In this document: positions 19,883-29,290 of the stretch, one piece after another
Numbering within the stretch: position 1 is the stretch's first letter
Layout: the number at the start of each line of letters is the position of its first letter
Source: an uncultured delta proteobacterium
Lineage (GTDB): Bacteria; Myxococcota; UBA727; VGSZ01
Direction: 5' to 3'
Assembly: GCA_963775425.1 (NCBI GenBank)
Contig: CAVZJB010000003.1
Span: forward strand, 96,001 to 160,000
DNA length: 64,000 nucleotides
Program-made: the position numbers and the translations under genes
Notes under the pieces: generated by a model
What the model saw: only the letters and a program-made list of their open reading frames with translations
Databases searched by the model: none
What the model was told of the DNA's origin: nothing

Positions 19883-21169
19883 ATGCCCGTCGACCGCACC
19901 CGCACCTCCGACGTCGTCGCCCGCGTCGCCGCGCTCGAGAAGGACGTCCAGGGCGTCGAACAAGACGCCGACTTCGACGCGCTCGGGCCGCGCATCAGCG
20001 ACGTCGAGCGCGCGCTGCGCGAGCGCATCCGTGAGGACGAAGCCGCGGTGCAGGCGCAGCGGGAGGCGTTCCAGCGCGGCCACGGCGTCTTCGCGCGCTT
20101 CTTGTCGGGAAGCGCGCGCCGGCAGTACCAGGACACCGTCGGCGCCACCGAGCAGGACCTCGAGCGGGCCCGCGACGGCGCGCTCCGCCTGCACCGGGTG
20201 CAGGCGCGCTTCTACGACGACAAGATGCGCGCCCACGCGCGCGCGTTCATCCGCGTCGCCAACAAGGTGCAGCGAAACGTCGGCGGCGGCTGGGACGAAA
20301 GAGCGCTCGCGGCGGCCGCGCGTTGGCTCAGCGCGCGCACCGGCGACGCCGTCATCGAAGCGGCGCGGCGCGCGCAGGTCGAGCCGGCGGCCGGGGACGG
20401 CGCCGGCCGCGCCGCCGCTCGCGCGCCCGAGGTGCTGCTGGCGCGGCTGCTGTCGCTCGAGCCCCCCGACGCGCTGCGCGCGCGCCTCGCGCCGCTCGCC
20501 GCCGCCGTCGGCGCGGACCCCCTCGTCCTCGGCGCGGCGCTGCTCGCGGGCCGGAGCGCCGCCGACGCCGCCGCCGTCGTCGACGCGATGAAGGTCGCGC
20601 TCGCGAAGGCGGGCGCGCTCGGGACCGATCCTGCGTCGTCGTCGCTCCTGTGCGCGGCGGCCCTGTTGTCGGCGCAGCCCGCGTCTTCGTCGGCGGCCAC
20701 GGTGCGCGCCATGGCGAACGCGCTGCCCGGCATGTTCGACGGCGCCGCGCCCGTGGTCGCCGCCGCCGTCCTCGCGGGCACGCCGGTGCGCGACGCGCTC
20801 GACTTCGCCGCTCGCGTCTCCCAGGCGCTCGCCGGCGCCGAGGGCACCGCCTCCGTCGTCGCCGCCGGCCTCGTCGCCGGCCGCTCCGTCGACGACGTCG
20901 TCGCCACCGCCGGCGAGATCGAGCGCGGCGTCGCCGGCACGTCCGGCGCGCGCGCCGCCCTCGCCGCCGCGGGCGTGCTCGCGGGGCGCCCGGCCGGCGA
21001 GGTGATCGCGTTCGCCAAGCACGTGCAGTCCCAGCTCACGGGGACCTGGGAGAGCGAGGCCGCCGTCATCGGCGCCGGCCTCCTCACAGGCCCCGGCGAG
21101 CCTGCGCCGGAGCTCGTGCGCCGGGCGTTCTTCCTGCCTGGTCTGGTGCGCACCGTCGACGACGATTGA
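19883..21169 (+). CDS. Hypothetical protein with N-terminal coiled coil and Ala/Gly-rich helical repeats
   Basis: Strong GC3 bias and repeated AxVxAAGLxAGR-type units in the C-terminal half. Confidence 0.6.
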   Translation: MPVDRTRTSDVVARVAALEKDVQGVEQDADFDALGPRISDVERALRERIREDEAAVQAQREAFQRGHGVFARFLSGSARRQYQDTVGATEQDLERARDGALRLHRVQARFYDDKMRAHARAFIRVANKVQRNVGGGWDERALAAAARWLSARTGDAVIEAARRAQVEPAAGDGAGRAAARAPEVLLARLLSLEPPDALRARLAPLAAAVGADPLVLGAALLAGRSAADAAAVVDAMKVALAKAGALGTDPASSSLLCAAALLSAQPASSSAATVRAMANALPGMFDGAAPVVAAAVLAGTPVRDALDFAARVSQALAGAEGTASVVAAGLVAGRSVDDVVATAGEIERGVAGTSGARAALAAAGVLAGRPAGEVIAFAKHVQSQLTGTWESEAAVIGAGLLTGPGEPAPELVRRAFFLPGLVRTVDDD

Positions 21170-21220
21170 ACGCCTGGCAGCGGGCGACGAGCCGCCGCCT
21201 GCGTGGGCTGCGCCGCGAGG

Positions 21221-22393
21221 TCAGCGCGCGCGGCACGCGGCGTAGCGCTTCTTCACGCTCGCCGCGTACCACGCCGTCGTGCGCGCCTTCTTGAGCTTGG
21301 GCGACGACAAAGCCACGTCGGGGATGCGCGCGTAGGGCGCGGCCTTGCCGGTCTGTTGCGCGTAGGCCTCGCGCACCGCGCGCCAGGTGGCGGTGTCCTC
21401 GAAGGCCTCGGACTTCTCCTTCTTGGCGTCCCGGTGCACCGTCCACGACGAGATGCCGTGCGCCGCGCCGAACGCGAGCATGGCCTGCACCGTCTGCGTG
21501 TCGTCCCCCTTGGGAGAGCCGTCCTTGTCGTACGCGAGCACGTCGCCGTCGAGGGCGAGGCGGCGGCCGGTGAGCGCGGCGAGCGCGGCCTGGAACGCGG
21601 CGTTCCTCGACGCGTACATGCCCGCGTTGTAGTCGGCGAAGCGGTAGAGGATGTCGTCGTACGACGCGGGATACCCGATGAGCCGCGCGGTGCCGAAGCG
21701 CACGCCGCCGCCACGCGTGTAGAGGAGCTCGCGCACGCCGTCGTCGTCGAGGCCCCCCTCTCCGCCCGCTTTGCGCGCGAACGACACCTTGACCTGCATC
21801 GAGCCCGCCGTGGTCACCGGGTTCATCTCCTCGATGGAGCCGCGCCCAAACAGCGCCGACAGCGCCGACGCCACCGCGAACGTCCCGGGCATGCTCGCTT
21901 GCGTGGACGCAGCGACGTCGCGAAAGAGGCGGTCGAGATCGCGCTCGGTGCGCAGCTTGTCGATGCGCGCGCCGAAGGTCTCCGTGGTCCCGGGCGCCTT
22001 CTCGGCGAGCAGCGCGTCGCGCGCGGGCCCCGCCAGTGGGCCGAGCGGCGCGAGCTTCGCGTCGATGCCGCGGCGCACGATGCCCGGCAGGTCCGCCACC
22101 GCGGGGTTCGCGCGATAGCCCGACTCCTGCTCGATGACCGCCAGCACGGCGCACACGCGCTCGGCCGTCGGCGTCTTCTTCACGAGGCGGATGGCGGTGA
22201 CGACGTCCGCGGCCCAGCCCTCGCGATCCTCGACCCGCGCGGGGATGCGCCGCGCCACCTCCGCCTCGTCGAGCGCGGGCGCCTCGGGCGCCGTGGGCGC
22301 TTGCTGTTGGTGCGCGCATCCGGCGAGCGCCGCGAGCACCGCGCACAGGAGCGCCGCGCGCGACGAGAGCGGGGACGACGGCGGCGCGGCCAC
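21221..22393 (-). CDS. DUF1615 family lipoprotein
   Basis: LAGC lipobox, CAVLAVIEQES, NPVTTAGSMQV and YRFADYNAGMYASRNAAFQ. Confidence 0.85.
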   Translation of the reverse strand: MAAPPSSPLSSRAALLCAVLAALAGCAHQQQAPTAPEAPALDEAEVARRIPARVEDREGWAADVVTAIRLVKKTPTAERVCAVLAVIEQESGYRANPAVADLPGIVRRGIDAKLAPLGPLAGPARDALLAEKAPGTTETFGARIDKLRTERDLDRLFRDVAASTQASMPGTFAVASALSALFGRGSIEEMNPVTTAGSMQVKVSFARKAGGEGGLDDDGVRELLYTRGGGVRFGTARLIGYPASYDDILYRFADYNAGMYASRNAAFQAALAALTGRRLALDGDVLAYDKDGSPKGDDTQTVQAMLAFGAAHGISSWTVHRDAKKEKSEAFEDTATWRAVREAYAQQTGKAAPYARIPDVALSSPKLKKARTTAWYAASVKKRYAACRAR

Positions 22394-22500
22394 GGTGCGA
22401 TGGTGCGGTCTCCCCGCGCCGGGCGCAAGCGTCGACGTGTCCCCACATTTACGCGCGGCCCGCCCGGCGCTAAGGGCGCGGGAGGGGTAGGGTCGACGGC

Positions 22501-24162
22501 GTGAAGTGTCAGAAGTGCGGCTCGCGGAACGAGGACGGCGCCTGGGTGTGCCGCACGTGCGAGTACATCCTCGACTCCTCCTTCCTGGGCAACGACATCC
22601 TGAACGAGCGCACCCGCGACGGCGTCGTCGACGAGAGCGCCAGCGAGGAGTCGCCGCTGCACGACTTCGGCGACGACGCCCTCATCCTCGGCCGCCTCGG
22701 GGACGGCGAGGTCGAGGAATTCGTCACCGACCGCACCGGTGGGTTCCTCCCCAAAAACAGCGAAGAGAAGAAGAAGGCGCCGCGCTCCGTGTACCTCACG
22801 GGCGAGGTGCGCATGCTCCTCGTGCCCGACGTCATCCTGCGCCATACGCCGGACGCCGCCGAGCGCCGCGAGGTGCTCTCCCCCGACGAGATCGTGTTGT
22901 TCGACCTCATCGACGGCGAGCGCACGCTGGCGGAGCTGCAGGAGGACTCGGCGTTTTCGGACAACGACCTGTGCGTCACCGTCGCGATGCTCCACGACAA
23001 GGCGCTGGTCGAGAGGGCGCCTCGCGTCGACGACAGCACCCGCGAGCTCGAGGTGCTGCCGCCGCTCGCGGAGCCGCCCGGGGAGGACCCGCTGCCGGCG
23101 TCGCCGTTCGACGAGCCGTCGGCGGCCGCTGCGCCCGCTCAGCCTGCGCCGTCGCCTGCGCCGCCGTCCGCCGCGCCGCCGCTGCCGTCGCCTGCGCGGC
23201 CGATGCCGTCCGCCGCGCCGCCGCTGCCTGCGCGGCCGTCGCCTGCGCCGCCGCTGCCGTCCGCCGCGCCGCCGCTGCCGTCGCCTGCGCCGCCGCTGCC
23301 GTCCGCCGCGCCGCCGCTGCCGTCGCCTGCGCGGCCGCTGCCGTCGCCTGCGCGGCCGCTGCCGTCGCCTGCGCGGCCGCTGCCGTCGCCTGCGCGGCCG
23401 CTGCCGTCGCCTGCGCGGCCGCTGCCGTCGCCTGCGCGGCCGCTGCCGTCGCCCGCGCCGGAGGCGGCGCCGCCGCTCGAGCCGTCGCCCCCGCCCGGCT
23501 CGCGCTTTCGTCCCGCGCTGCGCCCCGCGATGAAGGCGGCCCCGCTGCCGAAGAGGAGCCCGCCCCTTGCGTCGCCCGCGCGCACGGGGGCGCCGGCGTC
23601 GCCGCCCCCGACGTCGGCGCCGAGCGAGTCGGCCTCCACGCGCGAGGCGAAGAAGCGCGCCGCCAACTACTACGACATGTGCATGAAGGAGCTCGGCTTC
23701 GGGCGCATGGGCCGCGCCTGGGGCTACGCCAAGATGGCGGCCGACGCCGACCCCTCCGAGGAGAAGTACGCGGCGCTGCTGCGCGACTGGAACAAGCTGC
23801 ACGGCGCCCACGCCGAGCGCGCGTCCACGCCGCAGGAGCTGATGGCGGCGGCGAAGGAGGCGGAGGCCAACGGCGACTTCGAAAAGGCCGTGGACCTCTT
23901 GAAGAAGCTCGTCGCCCAGGCGCCCGGCGCGGCCGCGGCGCACAACATGCTCGCGGTCCTGCTCGCCACGCGCTTGCGCGACTTTCGCGCCGCCTACGAC
24001 GCCGCCATCAAGGCCGTGGAGCTCGAGCCCGGCAACATGGCGTACCAGTCGAACATGATGAAGATCCTCTCCCGCATCGAGAACGACGAGGGCAAGGGCG
24101 CCGCAACGGGCGGCGCCGGCGCCGCCGGCGGCATCCTCTCGCGCCTGCTGCGCCGCTCCTGA
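22501..24162 (+). CDS. Zinc-ribbon / wHTH-like / Pro-rich / TPR protein (paralog of 40478..42796)
   Basis: CQKC and CRTC, LIDGERTLAEL, PLPSPAR repeats, TPR helices and a GILSRLLRRS tail. Confidence 0.75.
   Translation: MKCQKCGSRNEDGAWVCRTCEYILDSSFLGNDILNERTRDGVVDESASEESPLHDFGDDALILGRLGDGEVEEFVTDRTGGFLPKNSEEKKKAPRSVYLTGEVRMLLVPDVILRHTPDAAERREVLSPDEIVLFDLIDGERTLAELQEDSAFSDNDLCVTVAMLHDKALVERAPRVDDSTRELEVLPPLAEPPGEDPLPASPFDEPSAAAAPAQPAPSPAPPSAAPPLPSPARPMPSAAPPLPARPSPAPPLPSAAPPLPSPAPPLPSAAPPLPSPARPLPSPARPLPSPARPLPSPARPLPSPARPLPSPARPLPSPAPEAAPPLEPSPPPGSRFRPALRPAMKAAPLPKRSPPLASPARTGAPASPPPTSAPSESASTREAKKRAANYYDMCMKELGFGRMGRAWGYAKMAADADPSEEKYAALLRDWNKLHGAHAERASTPQELMAAAKEAEANGDFEKAVDLLKKLVAQAPGAAAAHNMLAVLLATRLRDFRAAYDAAIKAVELEPGNMAYQSNMMKILSRIENDEGKGAATGGAGAAGGILSRLLRRS
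23143..23460 (+). repeat. Intragenic 21-bp tandem repeat (PLPSPAR / PLPSAAP heptads)
   Basis: CCGCTGCCGTCGCCTGCGCGG occurs in six perfect copies at 23314-23439, with degenerate flanking copies. Confidence 0.9.
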
Positions 24163-24260
24163 GGCGTTCCAAACCCCGCGTGATTTCGTAGCTGTCCCGG
24201 GCGGCGCCGGTGCGCATGCTGTCCGTGTGTCGCAGAGCCGCGGCGCTTCGGAGGAAGAAG

Positions 24261-24518
24261 ATGGGAATTCTTGCGTGGATCGTGTTCGGCTTCATCGTGG
24301 GTCTCGTGGCGCGGGCGGTGATGCCCGGGCGCCAGACGATGGGCTTTTTCAAGACCACGGCGCTCGGCGTCGGCGGCTCCTTCGTCGGCGGCGCGCTGAC
24401 ACACCTCCTCTTTCATCGGCCGCACTTCGGTGGCCTCGACACCGCCGGCTTCATCGGCAGCGTCGTCGGCGCGCTGGTGATCCTCGTCGTCGCCGGGCTC
24501 CTGCAGCGCCGCTCGTGA
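24261..24518 (+). CDS. GlsB/YeaQ/YmgE family stress membrane protein
   Basis: MGILAWIVFGFIVGLVARAVMPG and GFIGSVVGA. GGAGG SD. Confidence 0.9.
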   Translation: MGILAWIVFGFIVGLVARAVMPGRQTMGFFKTTALGVGGSFVGGALTHLLFHRPHFGGLDTAGFIGSVVGALVILVVAGLLQRRS

Positions 24519-24525
24519 CCCGCCG

Positions 24526-25194
24526 CTAAAGGCGGACGTCGAGCAGGAGGCGCGCCTCGAGGTGGCCGTCCGCGGCGGCCAGCGGCATCTCCACGCGTCG
24601 CTGCACGCGGTGCGAGGCCGGGATGACGACCACCGCGCCGGCGCTCGTCTCCGGCGTCACCGCCTCGCCCAGGCGGACGCTGCACCTGCGCGGCGTCTCG
24701 AGCGCGCGGTCGGCGGAGACGGCCGCCACCGGCCGCGCCTCGCCCGCGTCGTCGACGGAGATGTGGACCCGCTCCGCGTCGCCCAGGCCGTCCACGGCCA
24801 CGCGGAAGGCGTCGGCGTCCGCGACCTCGGCCACCACCGCCACCGCCACGAATCGCCCCGGCCGCGTGTAGCGCACCTTCTCCTCGCCGCGCACCGGGCC
24901 GCCACGCAGCGCGATCTCCGCCGGCGCCTTCGCCGACGGCGCGCTCAGCAAGAACAGGCGCGCCAGCCGCGCTCCGCCGCTGTCGACGACGTAGAGCGCC
25001 ACCGCCGCCGCCGCCGTCCCCGGCCGCCGCAAGAACCCGCGGCGCACGGCCTTCAGCGAGAGCGTCGCCGCGACCTCGGGCTCGCACACGCGCCCCCGGG
25101 CGAGCAGGTCGCCGGGGACGTCGGCGTCCTCGACGTCGATCTGCCGCGCGAGCTCCCGGCGGCTCTCCCGCTGCTTGTCGCGTTTGCGGCTCAC
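24526..25194 (-). CDS. Hypothetical protein
   Basis: 222-aa ORF with coding-like GC3 bias that fills the gap between neighbours. Confidence 0.55.
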   Translation of the reverse strand: MSRKRDKQRESRRELARQIDVEDADVPGDLLARGRVCEPEVAATLSLKAVRRGFLRRPGTAAAAVALYVVDSGGARLARLFLLSAPSAKAPAEIALRGGPVRGEEKVRYTRPGRFVAVAVVAEVADADAFRVAVDGLGDAERVHISVDDAGEARPVAAVSADRALETPRRCSVRLGEAVTPETSAGAVVVIPASHRVQRRVEMPLAAADGHLEARLLLDVRL

Positions 25195-25271
25195 GCCCCG
25201 CTGTTAGCACCGCGGGAGGGAACTTGCCGCGCCCGGTGGCGCCCTCGGGAGCGCTCGCGCTATCGATGTGC

Positions 25272-25658
25272 GTGGCGACCAAGACGCAGCGCGGCCCCCG
25301 GTCGCACAAGAGCAAGAGCAGGAAGCCGGCGCCCGAGCCGCACACGTTCTTCGAGCGGGCGGTGCCGCGCGTCCTGTCCATCATGCGCGTCACCTGCGCG
25401 GAGCTCGGCGGGCGCTACTCGGTCGAGGTCGCCGGGCAGGGCACGTGGACGCTCGACTTCCCCGAGGCCCGCGTGCTGCCGAGCGCCGTCGAGGGCGCCG
25501 ACGTCATCGTGCACCTCTCGCCGGAGCAGTTCGCGAGCCTCGCCACGGGCAAGATCGAGCTGCGCAAGCTCGTCGCCGACGGCGCCGTGCGCGCCGACGG
25601 CGACGCTTCGAAGCTCGAAAACGTGTCGCTCGTGCTCGCGTTCCTCGAGCGGGGCTGA
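25272..25658 (+). CDS. SCP2 sterol-binding domain protein
   Basis: G.GTWTLD, ADV.V and G.VR.DGD pattern. Start uncertain (25266 or 25272). Confidence 0.65.
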   Translation: MATKTQRGPRSHKSKSRKPAPEPHTFFERAVPRVLSIMRVTCAELGGRYSVEVAGQGTWTLDFPEARVLPSAVEGADVIVHLSPEQFASLATGKIELRKLVADGAVRADGDASKLENVSLVLAFLERG

Positions 25659-25791
25659 GCGACGCCACGCGCCCGCTCCGGACACCGCGTCGGTCGTGCA
25701 GCCGCGGCCGGCCGACCGTAAATCCCGCAGTGATTCCTCGTCGCGCGATCCATACACCACGCATGGACCCGGCTCGGGTGTGGAGGGCGAA

Positions 25792-26349
25792 ATGGCGCGC
25801 ATCGGTTTCATCGTCGCTGAGATGTTCGAAGACGCGGAGCTCAGGATCCCGCTCGAGCGCATCGCGGAGGCCGGCCACGAGCCCGTGATCATCGGCGTCG
25901 AGGCCGGCGTCGACGTGGCGGGCAAGCGGAACGAGCAGAGGGTGCGCGTGGACGTCGCCGCCGAGGACGTCACCATCGAGGAGATCGACGCGCTCGTGAT
26001 CCCGGGCGGCTGGTCACCGGATCACCTGCGCACCAACGACGACGTCGTCGACCTCGTGCGTGACTTCTTCGACACGGGCAAGCCGCTCGCGGCGGTCTGT
26101 CACGGCCCGTCGCTCCTCGTGGACGCGGACATCCTCGAGGGACGCACGCTCACGTCCTGGCCGTCCATCAAGAACGATCTGTTGAACGCCGGCGCCGAGT
26201 GGGTGGACGAGCCCGTCGTCGTCGACGACAACCTCATCACCTCGCGAAACCCGGGTGACCTCGACGTGTTCACCGACGCCATCCTCCAGACGCTGGCGGA
26301 GGGCCCGGAGGAGATCGAGCAGGAGGAAGAGGCCACCTCGGGCATCTGA
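25792..26349 (+). CDS. PfpI/DJ-1 family (type 1 glutamine amidotransferase-like) protein
   Basis: FED.EL, IPGGWSPD.LR, AVCHGP and LITSRNPGDL. Confidence 0.92.
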   Translation: MARIGFIVAEMFEDAELRIPLERIAEAGHEPVIIGVEAGVDVAGKRNEQRVRVDVAAEDVTIEEIDALVIPGGWSPDHLRTNDDVVDLVRDFFDTGKPLAAVCHGPSLLVDADILEGRTLTSWPSIKNDLLNAGAEWVDEPVVVDDNLITSRNPGDLDVFTDAILQTLAEGPEEIEQEEEATSGI

Positions 26350-26429
26350 GGTCCGCCTTCCGTCCGACGCCGTTTTGCCGACAACGCCCTTCCGATTCGC
26401 GGTCGCGGCGGTCGATGTCTCCTGGGCGC

Positions 26430-28250
26430 ATGGCTCACCTCCTCGCGCGCGTCGGCCCCTGCTCATTTCTCACGGTCGTCCTCGTCATGGCCGCCGGCTG
26501 CGGCGGGGACCCCGGCGACCTGACGATGGGCTCGCTGCTCGTCGACGCGCCGGGCCAGGCGGAGCAAGCGGTGCACGCCGTGTGTCCGAACGGCTCCACC
26601 ACGTTCGGCATCGACGTGAGCAAGTGGCAGGGCAACATCAACTGGAGCGCCGTGGCCGGCGCCGGGGTGAAGTTCGCGTTCATCCGCGTGAGCGACGGCA
26701 CCGGCTATCACGACGAGAAGTACGCGCAGAACTGGGCGGGGGCGCGCGCCAACGGCATCGCGCGCGGCACCTACCAGTTCTTCCGCTCCAACCAGGATCC
26801 CATCGCGCAGGCCGATCTGCTCATCAACGCCATGGGGCCGCTGCAGCCCGGCGATCTGCCGCCCGTCGTCGACGTGGAGAGCACCGACGGCGTCGGCAAC
26901 GCGACGCGCGCGGCGCGCCTGCACACGTGGCTCGATCACGTCGAGCAGGCGGTGGGCGCGCGCCCGATCATCTACACCGGCGGCTACTTCTGGCAGGACA
27001 ACGTGGGCCAGGACTTCAGCGGGTATCCGCTGTGGCACGCGGGCTATACGGGCGGCACCTGCCCGTCGACGGTGGCGAACCAGTGGGGCGGTTGGACGTT
27101 CTGGCAGTTCACGTCGTCGGGGAGCGTGAGCGGGATCAGCGGGAACGTCGACGAGAACCGCTTCAACGGCGACCTGGGCGCGCTCGGGACGTTTGCCAAC
27201 CGCGACCAGGCGCCGCGCGGCTACCTCGACGCCGTGGACTGCGACGCGGGAGCGCAGGGGTGGGCGCAGGATCTCGACACCCCGGACCAGGCGATCGCGG
27301 TGCACGTCTATCTGGACGGCCCGGCGGGATCGGGCGCGCACGGCTTCGCCACCACCGCGGGCAACCAGAGAGACGATCTCTGCAACGCGATCGGCTCGTG
27401 CGCACACGGCTTCGCGCTCCCGATCCCCTTCGCGTACCGCGACGGGAACGCGCACACGGCGTTCGCGTACGGCATCGACGACGCCGGCGGCAACAACCCG
27501 GCGCTGTCGGGGTCCGGGATGTCGTTCACGTGCGCGCCGCCGGCGGCGCCGCTCGACGCGTCGAAGGGCCTGTTGCGCCACGTGCCGAGCCCGCCGGTGA
27601 TGACGGCGTGGTCGTTCTCGTTCGACGACGTCGCCGCCTACGACGCCGACGCGGTGGGCGCGTACCCGGTGGGCGACGCATGGGGAGACGCCCCGCGGCT
27701 CGTGGAGGCCGAGGGCGGGCCCGCGATCTACGTCGTCGACGGCGGCGTGCGCCGCCACGTCGTGTCGCCGGACTCGATGGACGCGTGGCGCTTCGACTGG
27801 TCCGCCGTGGAGGTCCTCGCGCCCGCCGACGTCGACGCCATCCCGCTCGGGCCGGACCTCCCCCCGGCGCCGTTCCTGCTGCGCGCCGCCGGCGACCCGG
27901 CCATCTACGTCCTCGACGTCCCGCCGCTCGACACGTCCGCCGGTGACGGCGCGAACCCCGGTGACGGCGCGAACCCCGGTGACGGCGCGGACCCCGGCGC
28001 AGGCGACGGCACGGACCCGCCGGCCGGCTCCGACCCGACCGGCGACGGCGGCAGCGCGAGCGGCGCCGGCGGCGACGACATCGGCGGTGACGGCGGCGAC
28101 ATCGGTGGTGACGGCGGCGGCGTCGTCGTGCCAAACGGCCCGCCGCGCGCACAGGGAGGCGGCTGCGCCGCCGCGCCGTGCGCGCCCGCCGGCTTCGCGG
28201 CGCTCCTCGCGCTGCTCGGCCTGCGCCGCCGCTCGCGTCGCTCGCGCTGA
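26430..28250 (+). CDS. GH25 lysozyme/muramidase lipoprotein with MYXO-CTERM tail
   Basis: AAGC lipobox, GIDVSKWQG, DVE catalytic motif, FWQFTSSG..VDEN, and a C-terminal GGCAA + TM + RRR. Confidence 0.85.
   Translation: MAHLLARVGPCSFLTVVLVMAAGCGGDPGDLTMGSLLVDAPGQAEQAVHAVCPNGSTTFGIDVSKWQGNINWSAVAGAGVKFAFIRVSDGTGYHDEKYAQNWAGARANGIARGTYQFFRSNQDPIAQADLLINAMGPLQPGDLPPVVDVESTDGVGNATRAARLHTWLDHVEQAVGARPIIYTGGYFWQDNVGQDFSGYPLWHAGYTGGTCPSTVANQWGGWTFWQFTSSGSVSGISGNVDENRFNGDLGALGTFANRDQAPRGYLDAVDCDAGAQGWAQDLDTPDQAIAVHVYLDGPAGSGAHGFATTAGNQRDDLCNAIGSCAHGFALPIPFAYRDGNAHTAFAYGIDDAGGNNPALSGSGMSFTCAPPAAPLDASKGLLRHVPSPPVMTAWSFSFDDVAAYDADAVGAYPVGDAWGDAPRLVEAEGGPAIYVVDGGVRRHVVSPDSMDAWRFDWSAVEVLAPADVDAIPLGPDLPPAPFLLRAAGDPAIYVLDVPPLDTSAGDGANPGDGANPGDGADPGAGDGTDPPAGSDPTGDGGSASGAGGDDIGGDGGDIGGDGGGVVVPNGPPRAQGGGCAAAPCAPAGFAALLALLGLRRRSRRSR
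27942..28118 (+). repeat. Intragenic linker repeats (GDGANP x3, GDIGGDG x2)
   Basis: 18-bp GGTGACGGCGCGAACCCC units and 21-bp units in the Gly/Asp-rich linker. Confidence 0.7.
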
Positions 28251-28327
28251 TCAGCGCGGCCGCTCTCTCCGGGAGCTGATCCGGCGCGCGCGGTCCGATG
28301 CGGGCGACGAGCCCGCCCGCGGCCGCG

Positions 28328-29290
28328 TCAGGCGGCGAACGAGGAGAGGCGGTCGAGCTCGGCCTTCTCGTCGTCGTCGAGCGTGAGCGTGAGGGCGCCG
28401 GCGTTTTGCTCGGCCTGGCGCACGCTGGTGGCGCCGGGGATGGCGACGATGGCGTCGCCGTGGAAGGTCACCGTCCAGTTGAGCGCCACCTGTGAGGGCG
28501 TGGCGCCGTGCTTGTCGGCGATGCGCCGCAGGGCCTCGATCAGCGGCCGGCTCTTGTCGAGGGCGCGCGCGGAAAACGCGGGCAGCATCCGCCGCACGCC
28601 GGCGGGCCGCGCGCCGTCGTGAAAACGCCCCGAGAGGAGCCCCTGCGCGAGCGGCGAGTACGCGATGACGAGCACGCCGAGGTTGCGGGCGGTGTCGAGC
28701 ACGCCGTTTTTCTCGATGCGCCGGTCGAGCAGGCTGTAGCGGACCTGATTGGAGGCGAGCACCACGCCCTTGTCCGCGAGCCGCTCGTAGCAGAGCCGCA
28801 TCGCGTGCGCGTTGAAGTTCGAGATGCCGACCGCGGCGCTCTTGTGGCTCTTCACCAACGTGGCGAGCGCGTCCATCTGCTGTGCGTGCGACGACAGCGA
28901 GCCGAAGGGCTGGTGGATCTGGAACAGCGACACCGGGAACCCGCCGAGCCGCGCGAGCCGCTCGTCGATGGACGTCGTGATCGAGCGCGCCGTACGCGTC
29001 GGCAGCGGCACCCACTTGGTGGCGACGACGACGTCATCGGGCTTCGCCCCCGCCGCCCGCAGCGCGTCCGCGAGCGCCTCTTCGGACGCGCCGCCGCCGT
29101 ACGCCTCCGCGGTGTCGAAGAAGTTGATGCCGCCCGCGATGGACGACGCGACCACCGCGTGCGCGGTCTCCCGCGGCACCGCCGGCCAGAACCCGCCCAC
29201 GACACCCTGGCCGCCCGAGAGCTGCCAGCAGCCGAGGCCCAACGCGCTGATGCGCAGCGAGGTGCCGGGCAGGAGACGCCGCTCGATCAT
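28328..29290 (-). CDS. Aldo/keto reductase
   Basis: LGLGCWQ, FFDTAEAYG, ATK, GISNF, NQVRYSL, AYSPLAQG and IPGA. ATGA overlap with the desaturase stop. Confidence 0.9.
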   Translation of the reverse strand: MIERRLLPGTSLRISALGLGCWQLSGGQGVVGGFWPAVPRETAHAVVASSIAGGINFFDTAEAYGGGASEEALADALRAAGAKPDDVVVATKWVPLPTRTARSITTSIDERLARLGGFPVSLFQIHQPFGSLSSHAQQMDALATLVKSHKSAAVGISNFNAHAMRLCYERLADKGVVLASNQVRYSLLDRRIEKNGVLDTARNLGVLVIAYSPLAQGLLSGRFHDGARPAGVRRMLPAFSARALDKSRPLIEALRRIADKHGATPSQVALNWTVTFHGDAIVAIPGATSVRQAEQNAGALTLTLDDDEKAELDRLSSFAA

